Shown in pieces: positions 11,910 to 23,404 of a stretch of DNA of 64,000 nt. The position numbers and the translations under genes were made by a program. The stretch spans positions 24,800,001-24,864,000 of the forward strand of contig NC_043018.1 of the NCBI RefSeq assembly GCF_006345805.1. Direction: 5' to 3'. A model generated the notes under the pieces. The model was not told where the DNA came from, made no database searches, and worked only from the letters and a program-made list of their open reading frames with translations. Every line of letters begins with the position of its first letter. Within the stretch, counting starts at the first letter, position 1. Source of the DNA: Octopus sinensis (lineage: Eukaryota).

Positions 11910-12288
11910 GCACACACGTGTATATATATATATATACACGTATATATATATATACATATATATATATACACACGTATGTATATACACATGTATATATATA
12001 TATACATACACATATATACATATATATATATACACACGTATGCATATACACATGTATATATATATATATATATACATACACATATATACATACACATGTA
12101 TATATATATATATATATACATATATATACATACACATATATATATATACATACACATATATACATACATACACATATATACATATATAAATACATACGTA
12201 TATATATATATATACACATACATACATATATGTACACACAAGGACGTTCACACATATGCATAGATCAAACACACACATATATATATAC
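11740..12288. repeat. Compound (TA)n/(CA)n/(TACA)n microsatellite
   Basis: Directly visible. Similar tracts at 3640-3850, 10910-11160, 29870-30300, 33270-33640, 35940-36460, 40080-40620, 53290-53600, 57860-58280 and 60520-60840. Confidence 0.97.
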
Positions 12289-12673
12289 ACTAGCAGTATC
12301 GCCCGGCGTTGCTCAGGTTTGTAAGGGAAATAACTATAAAGCATTTTTAGAGAGTTATAGCCAAAAAATAACAAAAAAATGGAAAAAAATGATGGTAAAT
12401 TTTTTTTTTAGTTAAAAAAGGTGGAGTTGCGTCCCCTAGACAGTTTGTGGTTTGTGTTTCTGATTCTCGACCCCATGTCGAATTTATCGATTTTTTTCAG
12501 AACTGGGGGAACTTTTCAAAATTTTCGCTGCGTTAGTTTTGAATTATGACATTGGGCTATGTGTGTGTCAAGTTTCATCAGAATCGGTTGAACGCCATGG
12601 TCAGGGTGAGGGTACAAGCAAACAGACACACAGAAACACGCACAGACAAACTGCCGTTTATATAGAGAGAGAT
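12289..12673 (+). mobile_element. Non-autonomous Helitron-like element, variant 1
   Basis: Starts ACTAGCAGTATCGCCCGGCGTTGCTC and ends ...ACAGACAAACTGCCGTTTATATAGAGAGAGAT. No TIR or TSD; sits in TA/CA repeat. These ends resemble invertebrate non-autonomous Helitrons as recalled. Confidence 0.65.
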
Positions 12674-12869
12674 ACATGAGTGTTTGTGCACATGTTGTGT
12701 GCATCTCAATGGGTCTGTCTGTGTCTGTAGCTATTTTTTCTCACCCTTTTTTAATTAAGTTGCACATACTTATTTGCATTGTAATTAGAATTTCTCAATT
12801 TCTAGATTCGTTTGGCTTTCTTATTATTAATAATAATACGTCTATCTGTCTGTCTGTCTGTGTTAAGGC

Positions 12870-13890
12870 AGTGATCTGGCAGAAGTATTAGCATGCTTAG
12901 CAAAACGCATAGCAGCATTTCATGTCTTTACGTTCTGAGTTCAAATTCCGCTCAGGTCGACTTTCTCTTTGATTCTTTCAGTGGAGTACTGGGGTCGATG
13001 TGATCAACTATCCCCCTCCCCACAAATTGCAGGCCTTATGTCTACAGTAGATAGGATTACTATTATTATTAAGGTGGCAAGCTGGCAGAATCGTTAGCAC
13101 GCTAGACAAAATTGCTCAGTGGCATTTTGTCTGTCTACGTTCTGAGTTCAAATTCCGTCGAGGCCAACTTAGCTTTTCATCCTTTTGAGGTTGAAAAATT
13201 AAGTACCAGTTACATACTGGGATCGATGTAATCGACTTAACTTCTCCCCTCAAAAGCCTTGTGCCTTTAGTAGAAAGGATTATTAATATAGGCTGTGTGG
13301 TAAGTAGCTTGTTTACCAACCACATGGTTCCGGGTTCAGTCCCACTGCGTGGCACCTTGGGCAAGTGTCTTCTACTATAGCCTCGGGCCGACCAAAGCCT
13401 TGTGAGTGGATTTGGTAGACGGAAACTGAAAAGAAGCCCGTCGTATATATGTATGTATATATATGCATGTGTGTGTTTGTGTGTCTATGTTTGTGTGTCT
13501 GTGTTTATGTCCCCGTTACTTAGTGGTTCGGCAAAAGAGACCGATAGAATAAGTACTAGGCTTACAAAGAATAAGTCCTGGGGTTGAGTTGCTCGATTAA
13601 AGGTGGTGCTCCAGCATGGCCACAGTCCAATGACTGAAACAAGTAAAAAAAAAAAACATGTAGGTGAAGCAACAAGCTAGCAGCATTGTTACTGCACTGG
13701 GCAAAATGCTTAACTGCGTTTTGTCTGTCTTTACGTTCTGAGTTCAAATGCCACCAAGGTTGGCTTTACTTTTCATCCTTTCGGGGTCAATAAAATAAGT
13801 ACCAGTCGAGTACTGGGGGTTGATGTAATCAACTTAACCCCGATCCTTTGAAACTGCTGGCCTTGTGCCAAAATTTGAAATCATTATTAA
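12870..13890 (+). mobile_element. Head-to-tail run of SINEs (family 2 at ~12870, 13070 and 13665; family 1 at 13291-13650)
   Basis: Repeated GAGTTCAAAT...GGTCGA...TTTCATCCTTT...AAGTACCAG blocks plus one near-complete family 1 copy. Confidence 0.85.
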
Positions 13891-14483
13891 CCCATTAGCA
13901 TTCAGATCATTCTGTCAGACCTGTGTAATCATGGACATTAAAACAATGATGATGATGATGAAGATGATAATGATGATGATGGTGATGTTTATATGTGAAT
14001 GACAGCAAAGACGGTTATGATAACTCCTTTTGATCATCGTAAGTTTCAGCAGTTTTATTAGGACTGCCACAAGGCTAAATAACAACAACAACAACAACAG
14101 GATGTCCATCCTCCAGGTGAAACAGGTGGTGAGTAATGGAATCAAAGAAAAAAAAGTTGTTTGGATTGTTTTACTTACGATATGTAGTCTAGATGGTTGG
14201 TGAAGAAATCTACTAGACAAGTGAGGAGGTACATCACTGAAAGAAAAAAAATATGTACCTGGTTATATACACAGATATTTGTACAGATATTTATGTGTGC
14301 ACACTGATACACAAGTTTATATACACATACTCATATAAATATACACACACATATACATAAATACACATATAAATAAATAATATGGGTGGCTTGCTACCAA
14401 TTTTTCAGCTGAAAGGCAAAAATATATGTCACTAAAGCAACTGAGGGCACTATTCAGCACCAGTATTGCTAGAAAGAAGAATT

Positions 14484-14707
14484 AAAACAACTCATAGCTA
14501 CAATAAGCACCATCTTATTGACTGACAAGGAAGGCAAGCTCCCTCAGCACTGGGGATAGCCAGACCACCAAGGCGCCAGTGAGAGCCATTGATGAGCATT
14601 AAAGTAAATGTGAAATCACTGGTGATCTGGCTATGCCTGGTGCTTAGGGAGCTTGCCTCCCATGTCAGTCAATAAGATGGTACATTATTGTGGTTATGTG
14701 GTGTTTT
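14484..14707. repeat. Hairpin (MITE-like) element, ~87-bp inverted arms with a 49-bp spacer
   Basis: Left arm 14484-14570 (..CCATCTTATTGACTGACAAGGAAGGCAAGCTCCCT..) is the reverse complement of 14620-14707 at roughly 80% identity. Confidence 0.85.
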
Positions 14708-14721
14708 GACTCATATATATA

Positions 14722-15124
14722 CAACTGTATAATAATATATCATAACAATATTTTATTCTCCGATTTGAAGCGACAATTTTTAAATACAAACAAAGGACTG
14801 GGAAATGATCAGCTAGCCCCAGCCAGAATCAAACCCACAAATCAACACTAACATGGCTCCTTGCACACCCGATTGGGCCATATGCTCACCCATCAATTTC
14901 AGCTAAATTTAGTTAATATATAAACTTAAACTGTCTAATACTACATATAATATTTGTAAACAACCCAGAAGGCTTTGTAGGTTACGGAGAGAAAGCTACT
15001 ATGGAAGACCCATAGTATAACAGCAACTGTATAATAATATATCATAATAATATTTTATTCTCTGATTTGAAGTGACAATTTTTAAATACCAACAAATGAC
15101 TGAAAAATTATGAGCTAACCCCAG
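14722..15124. repeat. ~100-bp direct repeats (period 302) enclosing a minus-strand tRNA-like segment
   Basis: CAACTGTATAATAATATATCATAA... at 14722 and 15024. Between them the minus strand has box A TGGCCCAATCGG (14869-14880) and box B GGTTTGATTC (14826-14835). Confidence 0.7.
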
Positions 15125-15162
15125 GTTTGTTTACAAATATACGTTATATATATATATATATA

Positions 15163-15368
15163 TTTCTTTACTACCCACAAGGGGCTAAACACAGACAAAT
15201 GGATCAAGTCGATTACATTGACCCCAGTGCATCGCTGGTACTTAATTTATCGACCCCGAAAGGATGAAAGACAAAGTTGACCTCGGCAGAATTTGAACTC
15301 ACAACGTAACGGCAGACGAAATACGGCTATGTATTTCACCCAGCGTGCTAATGGTTCTGCCAGCTCGC
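15163..15368 (-). mobile_element. SINE family 2, long-tail type
   Basis: Reverse complement of the 19674-19905 unit. Confidence 0.85.
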
Positions 15369-15373
15369 CATCA

Positions 15374-15415
<42 letters not shown>

Positions 15416-15444
15416 GCGCATGCACACACACATATATATACATA

Positions 15445-15600
15445 TTTTCTCCCTCTGTTTATTCCTGTGTTCCTTTCTGTTGAAGAGCATAGGCTCGAAA
15501 TGTAAAAGACTTTCTCACTTCCCAAGCGTTAAACTAATACACCTGTTTGTTGTTTACACACTCGTCTTCGTCTTTTGTTTTTTTGTAAATTCTCACTATA
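15445..15600 (+). mobile_element. Repeat family HH-A with hammerhead-like motif at 15473-15508
   Basis: CTTT CTGTTGA A GAGC ATAG GCTC GAAA TGT A AAAG, followed by the family tail ACTTTCTC...AAACTAATAC...TGTTTGTTGTTTACAC. Confidence 0.7.
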
Positions 15601-17029
15601 TATGCGTGTATAATCCAATGAAAAGAAGATAAAGAAAATTCTTTAGCACATCTTTGATAATAAGTTACACATGTTTCTATACCATCTCCATTTGCAATGC
15701 CAGTTTACGCAAAAGTTCTAAATATTACGTAATATATGTGGTTTTTAGGCACTGGAGAGGCACGTCCTTAGGCTTGAACTGAAGTCATGCTATTACATTG
15801 TGTGTCTATCAGACCTTATATATACACACACATACACACACACATACATATACATATGTACTCACACACACATAATATATATATGTAAACACACAGACAA
15901 ATATATATATAAGTGTATGTATAAATGCACTTAATCTTCCACCAAGCCTAAGTCACAATTTATGTTCTTAACAACAGCTTAAAGATAACAAAATTATTTC
16001 ACTAAATTCTTTGTTATATTTAAAATCAATTGAAAGAAACGCAGAGTATCTCAAAATAAATATGGTAACAAAGGGGTTAAAGAAGGGATGATTTGTGTGC
16101 TCGTTATGCAAATTTCCACTCATTCTTCAAGACAAAAATTCACACAAGTCTTGGCTTGTACAGCAAATTACTCGTACAACGGGGCACTCATACTGCGAGT
16201 TTCTACTGCACACACACACATATATATATATGATATATATCTATGTATATATATGTAATTATTAGTGATGGAAGCAGTAATAGTACTAAATGGTAATCTG
16301 TATATCCAACTTAACATGGATGTCTTGTTAGAATGCTGAACACTGCATTATTTAATTTGAGTGATCCTCTGATACAGACCCATAGTCCATAAAAGCACAG
16401 ATATATATATATATTGTATCAGACAAGATTCGTCTAGTAGGGGTGCCTGAACTGCCAGATCTCATGATTTCAGTGTAGAGCACTTCTTCAGTTGCAGGTG
16501 CCTAGCATCACAAACCTACCAAATCTTGCTTCAAGATATACACATCAGTGTCTTTTCAGTCACAGATGCTGCAAATAACCAGCAGGCTTATAAAAAAAAA
16601 AACCCAACTATTAGTGACTGAAGCAGTATCAGTATTAAAAGGCAATCTTCATATCCAACTTAACATGGATGTCTTGCTAGAACGCTGAATACTGTGATAT
16701 TTGCCTTGAGTGGTCCTCTTACAGTACTTATTCTATCGATATATTTTGCCGAACTGCTTTGTTACATGGATGTAAACACACCAACACCAGTTGTCAAGTG
16801 ATGATGGGGACAAACAAAGACACATAAACACACACACACACACATATATGACAGGCTTCTTTCAGTTTGCGTCTGCCATATCCACTCACAAGGCTTTGGT
16901 CAGACCGAGGCTATAGTAGAAGACACTCGCCCAAGGTGCTATGCAATGGGACTGAACCCAGAACCATGTGGTTGATTAACAAGCTACTTACCACACAGCC
17001 ACTCCTGTGCCTATATACATCAGAGTAAG

Positions 17030-17384
17030 CAGGTAAATGTGAAACAAGGTGGGACAAAAATAGTACTCGAATACCAGAGGTAGAGTAATATGATTTATTA
17101 TTATTAAAGCTGCAAAAACATCACAAAAATATCACAAAAAAACTGCTACTCAGAGTTCCATGTTCCAGTTCTTTGGTCCGAGGGGGGGGGGAGGATATGT
17201 TTCATCATAAAGTTTCTCTCAGCCTTAAGTCCCCATTCCAACCCTACTCTTGTCCCACCCTTACTCTACCCTACACCCCACCCTGTCCCATTCCCTACCC
17301 CACACAGCTGCTAACTCTAAACTGTCCAACGAGTGGGAACATGAAACTCTGAGTAACAGTTTTTTGTGATATTTTTGCAGCTTT

Positions 17385-17390
<6 letters not shown>
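17030..17390. mobile_element. Repeat family HH-B with inverted ends (17100-17165 / 17336-17390) and hammerhead-like motif at 17319-17362
   Basis: Inverted TATTAAAGCTGCAAAAA...ACTCAGAGTT arms. The flanking segment is shared with 19960-20125. Confidence 0.7.
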
Positions 17391-17433
<43 letters not shown>

Positions 17434-19174
17434 TATACATAAATATATATACACACATCCATATATATGAATATATATATACACACATACACATATATGA
17501 ATATATATATACACACACATATACATACACACATACATATGCATACACACACACACAGTTCTTGTTTAGCTCAGGTCAGCTAGGATCCAGTGGACCCATA
17601 ATTAAACATTCCACTCATGACCATCCTACCTTGTGTTTATTTCTGACACACTATAATATCTAGGAGTACATTACCCAATGTGCCCTGCACCACACGTTTT
17701 GAAATAAAGACAAGAACAGCAGAGTGTAATGACATGAAAGACAAAGATTTGACTGTTATTTCTAGCAAGCCAAGGCATCGCCACCCCCCCCCTCGCGTTG
17801 GTTGAAAGGTTAGTCTTGTGTTTGTGTTACTGATAGAGAGAAACCACATGTGTTTATTGTGCTACTAGTTTATTTAACTGGGGTACTGGGGTATTGTTGT
17901 TACAGGGGCGGTGTATAAAGATGGGACCCCATAAAGATGGGACCACATGTATTTGCTATGGCACCAGATTATCTTAGTTGAAGAGTTAGTGGCTAAGTGG
18001 GGTAGGGGACGGGTCAGGGTGGGGGGGATATATGGGGGTAGAGTAAGGGTGGGGCAAGAGTGGGGCTTTAAGCCTGAGAGAAACCTTATGGTGAAATGTA
18101 TCCCTTTTTTTGTAAGCATCCTCTACTCCTCGCCCACCACATCTTTGTTGGCATCATCATCAATCCCATCTCCATGACGACCACCATGATAATGATGGTG
18201 ACGATGATGATGGTGGGGAGGGGCCACCATCAATCATCACCATCATCTCATCACACATCTCCGCTACCATCACCACCACCACTCCAAAGGTTTTAGTTTG
18301 CCTGGGGCTATAAACAGAAAATACTTGCTCAAGGTACCATACAATGGGACTGAACTTAAAACAATGTGTTTGCAATCTGGCCTTCTTAACAAACTATTGA
18401 TGGTTTTTAAAAACTGATTTAAAAATAAATTTATTTATTAATTATTTACTTCGTTTTGCGTTTATTTTGCAAGATTCTTGATTTGAAATGGTGTGTTGAA
18501 GCCAATATTGCATTCTGGGAGGGTCGTATTACCAACAAGGACACATGCACTGGTTATGTTTCACTTAGGTTTATCACCAATTAATTTGATAACTGACTAA
18601 TTGATTAACAAATAGATTATCTAGTTGATTGGTTGTAGAACTGAACTTAAACACGTAACATTGTGTAACAAAATCTTAATTTTTATTTTCTGTCTTTGGT
18701 CAGTAAGAGTTATTATCTAGAAATCAAAGGAAGTGACTACTCTTCCCTTCAAACTTTGCTTTTGTGACCTGGATGTCATTGTTTTGAAACTAACCTATTT
18801 TCCATTACATTTCAGATAGATTCAACGCTGAGTTACTGAATTTCAGAAATATCATTATAACAAATATTCTGCTCAATGCCACAGATTTGCTTGTCAATTG
18901 CCTGGCTTTTACCATTTGAGTAATTTCTCTTAGTGGCTGACAATATGTTCATGTGTTTATGGATATATATATATATATTCTTTTGTTTCAGTCATTTGAC
19001 TGTGGCCATGCTGGAGCACTGCCTTTAGTCAAACAATTCAACCCCAGGACTTATTCTTTGTAAGCCTAGTACTTATTCTATTGGTCTCTATTTTGCTGAA
19101 CTACTAAGTTACAAGGACATAAAGACAACCAACATTGGGGGACAAACACAGACACACAAACATATGCATATATA

Positions 19175-19450
19175 TGTTGCTACACATCGCTGATCACAAT
19201 GCGCTTCGCATTGTTTTAGCCTTCAAATGACGCCACCTCGCTGGCTAAGCGAGCAGGCCAACAGAACAAAGAGTGAGAGAAAGTTGTGGCAAAGGAGTAC
19301 ACCAGGGATCGCCACCCACCCCCTGCCTGAGCCTTGTGGAAATTTAGGTGTTTTTGCTCAATAAACACTCACAACGCTTGGTCTGGGAATCGAAATCGCA
19401 ATCCTATGACCGTGAGTCTGCTGCCCTAACCACTGGGCCATTGCACCTCC
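19175..19450 (-). mobile_element. tRNA-headed SINE, family 3
   Basis: Minus strand GGAGGTGCAATGGCCCAGTGGTTAGGGCAGCAGACTC...GATTTCGATTCCC. Closely similar copy at 54905-55232. Confidence 0.85.
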
Positions 19451-19673
19451 ATATATATATATATATATATATACATACACACACACACACACACACAATG
19501 GGTTTCTTTCAATTTCTGCCTAGCAGATCCACCCACAAGGTTTTGGTTGGCTATAGTAGAAGACACTTACCCAAAGTGCCATGCTGTGGAACTGAACCTG
19601 GAACCATGTGGTTGCAAAGCAAGCTACTTACCACACACCTACTCCTGCTCCTATATATATATATATATATACA

Positions 19674-19903
19674 AAGGCGGCGAGCTGGCAGAAACGTTAG
19701 CACGCCGGGCGAAATGCGTAACCGTATTTCGTCTGCCGGTACGTTCAGAGTTCAAATCACGCCGAGGTCGACTTTGCCTTTCATCCTTTCGGGGTCGATA
19801 AATTAAGTACCAGTTACGCACTGGGGTCGATGTAATCGACTTAATCCGTTTGTCTGTCCTTGTTTGTCCCCTCTATGTTTAGCCCCTTGTGGGCAATAAA
19901 GAA

Positions 19904-19905
<2 letters not shown>
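19674..19905 (+). mobile_element. SINE family 2, near-consensus copy
   Basis: GGCGGCGAGCTGGCAGAAACGTTAGC head, box-B-like GAGTTCAAATC, central GCCGAGGTCGACTTTGCCTTTCATCCTTTCGGGGTCGATAAATTAAGTACCAG (resembles the Nin/Deu-type conserved SINE domain as recalled), CpG-rich. Confidence 0.88.
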
Positions 19906-19936
<31 letters not shown>

Positions 19937-19959
19937 CACACACATACACACACTAGTGA

Positions 19960-20125
19960 GCACATAAGTGCAAAACAAGATGGAAAAAATAGTACTCAAT
20001 TACCAAAGGTAGGGTAATATGTTTTTATCCACAATAAGATGCTTTCAATCATCACAACTGTCCGACTAACGAGAATGTGAAACACCGAGTAATAGTTTTG
20101 TGACAATTTTGCAGCTTTAATAAAA
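19960..20125 (+). mobile_element. Repeat family HH-B, second copy, with hammerhead-like motif at 20056-20097
   Basis: AACTGT CCGACTA ACG AGAA TGT GAAA CAC C GAG TA ATAGTT; shares flanks with 17030-17390. Confidence 0.65.
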
Positions 20126-20219
20126 ATATGCGTGTGTGTGTTTGTGAACAAATGTCTTTTTTTTTGCTGTTTGTTTTGTTTGTATACATGTGTGTATGTT
20201 TATTGTGATGTCTCCATAG

Positions 20220-20365
20220 GTCAGCGGCTCACAGTTGAACTGCCCCAGGAAGGGAGAGACACATCGGAGATATCGAAGCGGGCAACATCAACACCAGCTG
20301 CACATTTCAGCTGCAACACCTGCATCAGCATCTAGCTGCTCCACCCTGCAGCAGATCATCTATAA
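20220..20365 (+). mobile_element. Probable degraded RTE C-terminal (CxxC zinc-knuckle) remnant
   Basis: One frame reads ...EISKRATSTPAAHFSCNTC, resembling RTE ORF ends (KR.RA.S.P...F.C..C). Confidence 0.4.
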
Positions 20366-20959
20366 ATATTATGATAGATGCGGCATGCATCGGTAGTTGT
20401 GTAATGGTGGGGGGGGGGCAGTGGAGGTAGTGTGTTGTGATGGTGGTGGTGGTGATGATGGTAGTGGTGGTGGTAGTGATGGTGGTATGGTGGTGATGGT
20501 GATGATGGTAGTGGTGGTGGTGGTGGTGATGATGATGGTGGTGTGGTGGTGATGGTGGTGGTGATGATGATGGTGGTGGTGATGATGGTGGTGGTGGTGA
20601 TGATGGTGATGGTAGTGTGTTGTGATAGATGTGTAGTGGTGATGGTGGAGGTGTGGTGTGTGGGGGGGGGCACGTTGCAGTGTTGAACATCTGTCAATGT
20701 TAAATGTAGTCTTCCTGTTATCTTTTATTTGTCTCACTCATTAGACTGAGGCCATGCTGGAGCACTGACTTGACATCAAATGAACCAAACCCAGTACTTA
20801 TCTTTTTCTAAAGCCTGGCACTGCTGTGAACAGCAGAAGTGTGCAAGCATGGCAGAGTTCAATCTCAACCTGAGCCAAGTGGCTTCACTCTGCATGCTTT
20901 AACTTCGTTACTATGGTAACAGTCCAGATGCTTATCGATAACTCTTCATATGTGTACAT

Positions 20960-21130
20960 GCACATGCTTTTATATATACATACATATATGTATATACATA
21001 CATTTTTTATATATACATACATATATGTATATACATACATTTTTTATATATACATACATATATGTATATACATACATTTTTTATATATACATACATATAT
21101 GTATATACATACATTTTTTATATATACATG
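20960..21130. repeat. 37-bp minisatellite built from TA/TACA motifs
   Basis: Unit TATATATACATACATATATGTATATACATACATTTTT recurs at 20971, 21008, 21045 and onward. Confidence 0.8.
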
Positions 21131-22111
21131 CATATATGTATATACATACATATATGTATATACATACATATATGTATATACATACATGTATGTATATACA
21201 TACATATATGTATGTGTGTGTATATATGTGTATATATACACATGTGCATGTTTTTATACATACATATATGTATGTGTGCTTGTATATGTGTGTGTATATA
21301 TGTGTATATATGCACATGTGCATGTTTTTATATATACATACATGCTTGTATGTGTGTGTGTATATATATGTGTATATATGCACATGCGCATGTTTGTGCG
21401 TGCATGTGTACATGTGTGTGCGTATGTGTTCTTAAAGGAAAACACTTCATTATAAGGGAATTAAAACACAGGCCCAGCCAATTATTATTCTTCAGGTTAT
21501 CAGAAATGACATCACTGCCACCACCATCACCATCGTCACCATCCCACCTTCACCACCACCTGCAGTAACATCATCATCATTATCGACAACAACAACAACC
21601 ACAACAACAGGTTCAATCAGGGCAGACCTAGAGCTAATCAGCAAGTACAACAGGGCCACCATCACCACCAGACCATTATTGCCGTTATTATCATGTTTTC
21701 TGATAAGCCATCCAGATTTTCTGTGGCACTAATTATGAAAGTAATTAGCATGAGAGGGTGGGGTGTGGTGGAGACTGGGGTTGGAGAGAGGTGGTTATAA
21801 AGATTTGCAGACAGTGTAGAGAGGAGGAGGAGGAATAAAAGATGGTGTTATGTGAAATGTGGATGAAGAATCTGGGAGCTAGAGAAGGAATTACACAGTT
21901 ACACACACTCACACACAAACAAAAATACACACAGGCAAATTATTATATTTGGGACTATAAAAATCTGCAGGGCCTTCTTAAGGTTTAAAAGATGATTATG
22001 GGAAGAAGGCGACTTCCTTCACAACCTTGCTACCAAGTAGGTGGCCAGACAGAATTAATTTTAAATTAAAAGGAGAAAGAGAAGAATGAAATAATAAATG
22101 AATGAATGAAT

Positions 22112-22508
22112 GCAGGAGTGGCTGTGTGGTAAGTAGCTTGCTTACGAACCACATGGTTCCGGGTTCAATCCCACTGCGTGGCACCTTGGGCAAGTGTCTT
22201 CTACTATAGCCTCAGGCCGACCAAAGCCTTGTGAGTGGATTTGGTAGACGGAAACTGAAAGAATCCCGTCGTATATATGTATATATATATATGTGTGTGT
22301 GTGTGTCTGTGTTTGTCCCCCTAGCATTGCTTGACAACCGATGCTGGTGTGTTTATATCCCCGTCACTTTGCAGTTCGGCAAAAGAGACCGATAGAATAA
22401 GTACTGGGCTTACAAAGAATAAGTCCCGGGGTCGAGTTGCTTGATTTAAGGCGGTGCTCCTGCATGGCCGTAGTAAAATGACTGAAACAAGTAAAAGATT
22501 AAAAGATT
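22112..22508 (+). mobile_element. SINE family 1, near-complete CpG-rich copy
   Basis: GCAGGAGTGGCTGTGTGGTAAG...GGTTCAATCCC head through the GACTGAAACAAGTAAAAGA tail. Confidence 0.9.
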
Positions 22509-22774
22509 TTTAATACATAACTACATACAAACATATGGCTGAACTTGGGTCCTTGGAGAGAGAATGTAAATCCTTAATTCATCTGCTACGAATGACCATG
22601 ATGTCTGGGACCCTTCTGAAGATTTAAAGGATGATGGTTAAAACAAGATGCTTTCCTTCACATCTTGTTACCAAATATGGCAGCCAGTCAAGATTTTATT
22701 CTAAAATTAAAAAGTGAAAGAAAAGCACAAGCAACCATACCTATATACATACACACAGACATACATACATACAT

Positions 22775-22975
22775 ACAGGGAAAGTTTACGAAAATAACAA
22801 AAGACGAAGACAGGTGGTGTACAAAACAAACAGATGTATTAGTATAATGCTCAGGAATAGAAAAAGTCTTTTACGTTTCGAGCCTATGCTCTTCTATAGA
22901 AAGGGACACAGAAAAAACAAGGAGAGAAGAAAAATGTGTGTAGTGGCTAACGATCTATCATGGCGACTAGTGCTG
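22775..22975 (-). mobile_element. Repeat family HH-A with hammerhead-like motif at 22868-22903
   Basis: Minus strand CTTT CTATAGA A GAGC ATAG GCTC GAAA CGT A AAAG. Confidence 0.7.
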
Positions 22976-23139
22976 GACAGGTTTAGGTGTGTCTGTGTGG
23001 CTAAGAAATTTGCTTCCCAACCACATGGTTTCAGGTTCAATGCTGAAAGAAGACACCTGTCCAAGATATCACACACTTTTGGTAAGTGTTTTTTTCAATA
23101 TAGGATTTGGTAAATGCAAATTGAAAGAAGCTTGTTGCA

Positions 23140-23172
<33 letters not shown>

Positions 23173-23404
23173 GTATGTGTGTGTTTGACATGGTTGGGTC
23201 TCTTTGTCCTGTCATTGCACAAAAGTTTTAAAGGAGTGTCATCATTTTAAACAATGGTGATCTTCGTTCTAGTCTTTTGTTGTTCCAAACATCATCTTAA
23301 TTCACCAATATTTGTCTTTTGTTATATTCCAAACATTATCCTAATATACCAATATATATTTGCCATATGTTACATTCCAAATACCATTTTAGTATATCTT
23401 GATG

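Noticed and set aside
10918-12415. Long Y/I/H/T/C/V-rich ORFs (also 20913-21568, 29719-30333, 33223-33727, 35671-36568, 40083-40774, 53081-53768)
   Set aside because: They are translations of (TA)n/(CA)n microsatellites, open in several frames on both strands, with no splice or homology support.
14960-15010. Possible fourth hammerhead (GAAAGCTA with palindromic AGCT); also a lone CTGAAGA on the minus strand near 54324-54330
   Set aside because: No recognisable partner core strand or helix I in these copies.
20220-20396. Apparent terminal exon (acceptor at 20219, open frame ending YKYYDRCGMHR*)
   Set aside because: Another frame resembles an RTE C-terminal CxxC region, and there is no recognisable host protein or 3' UTR.
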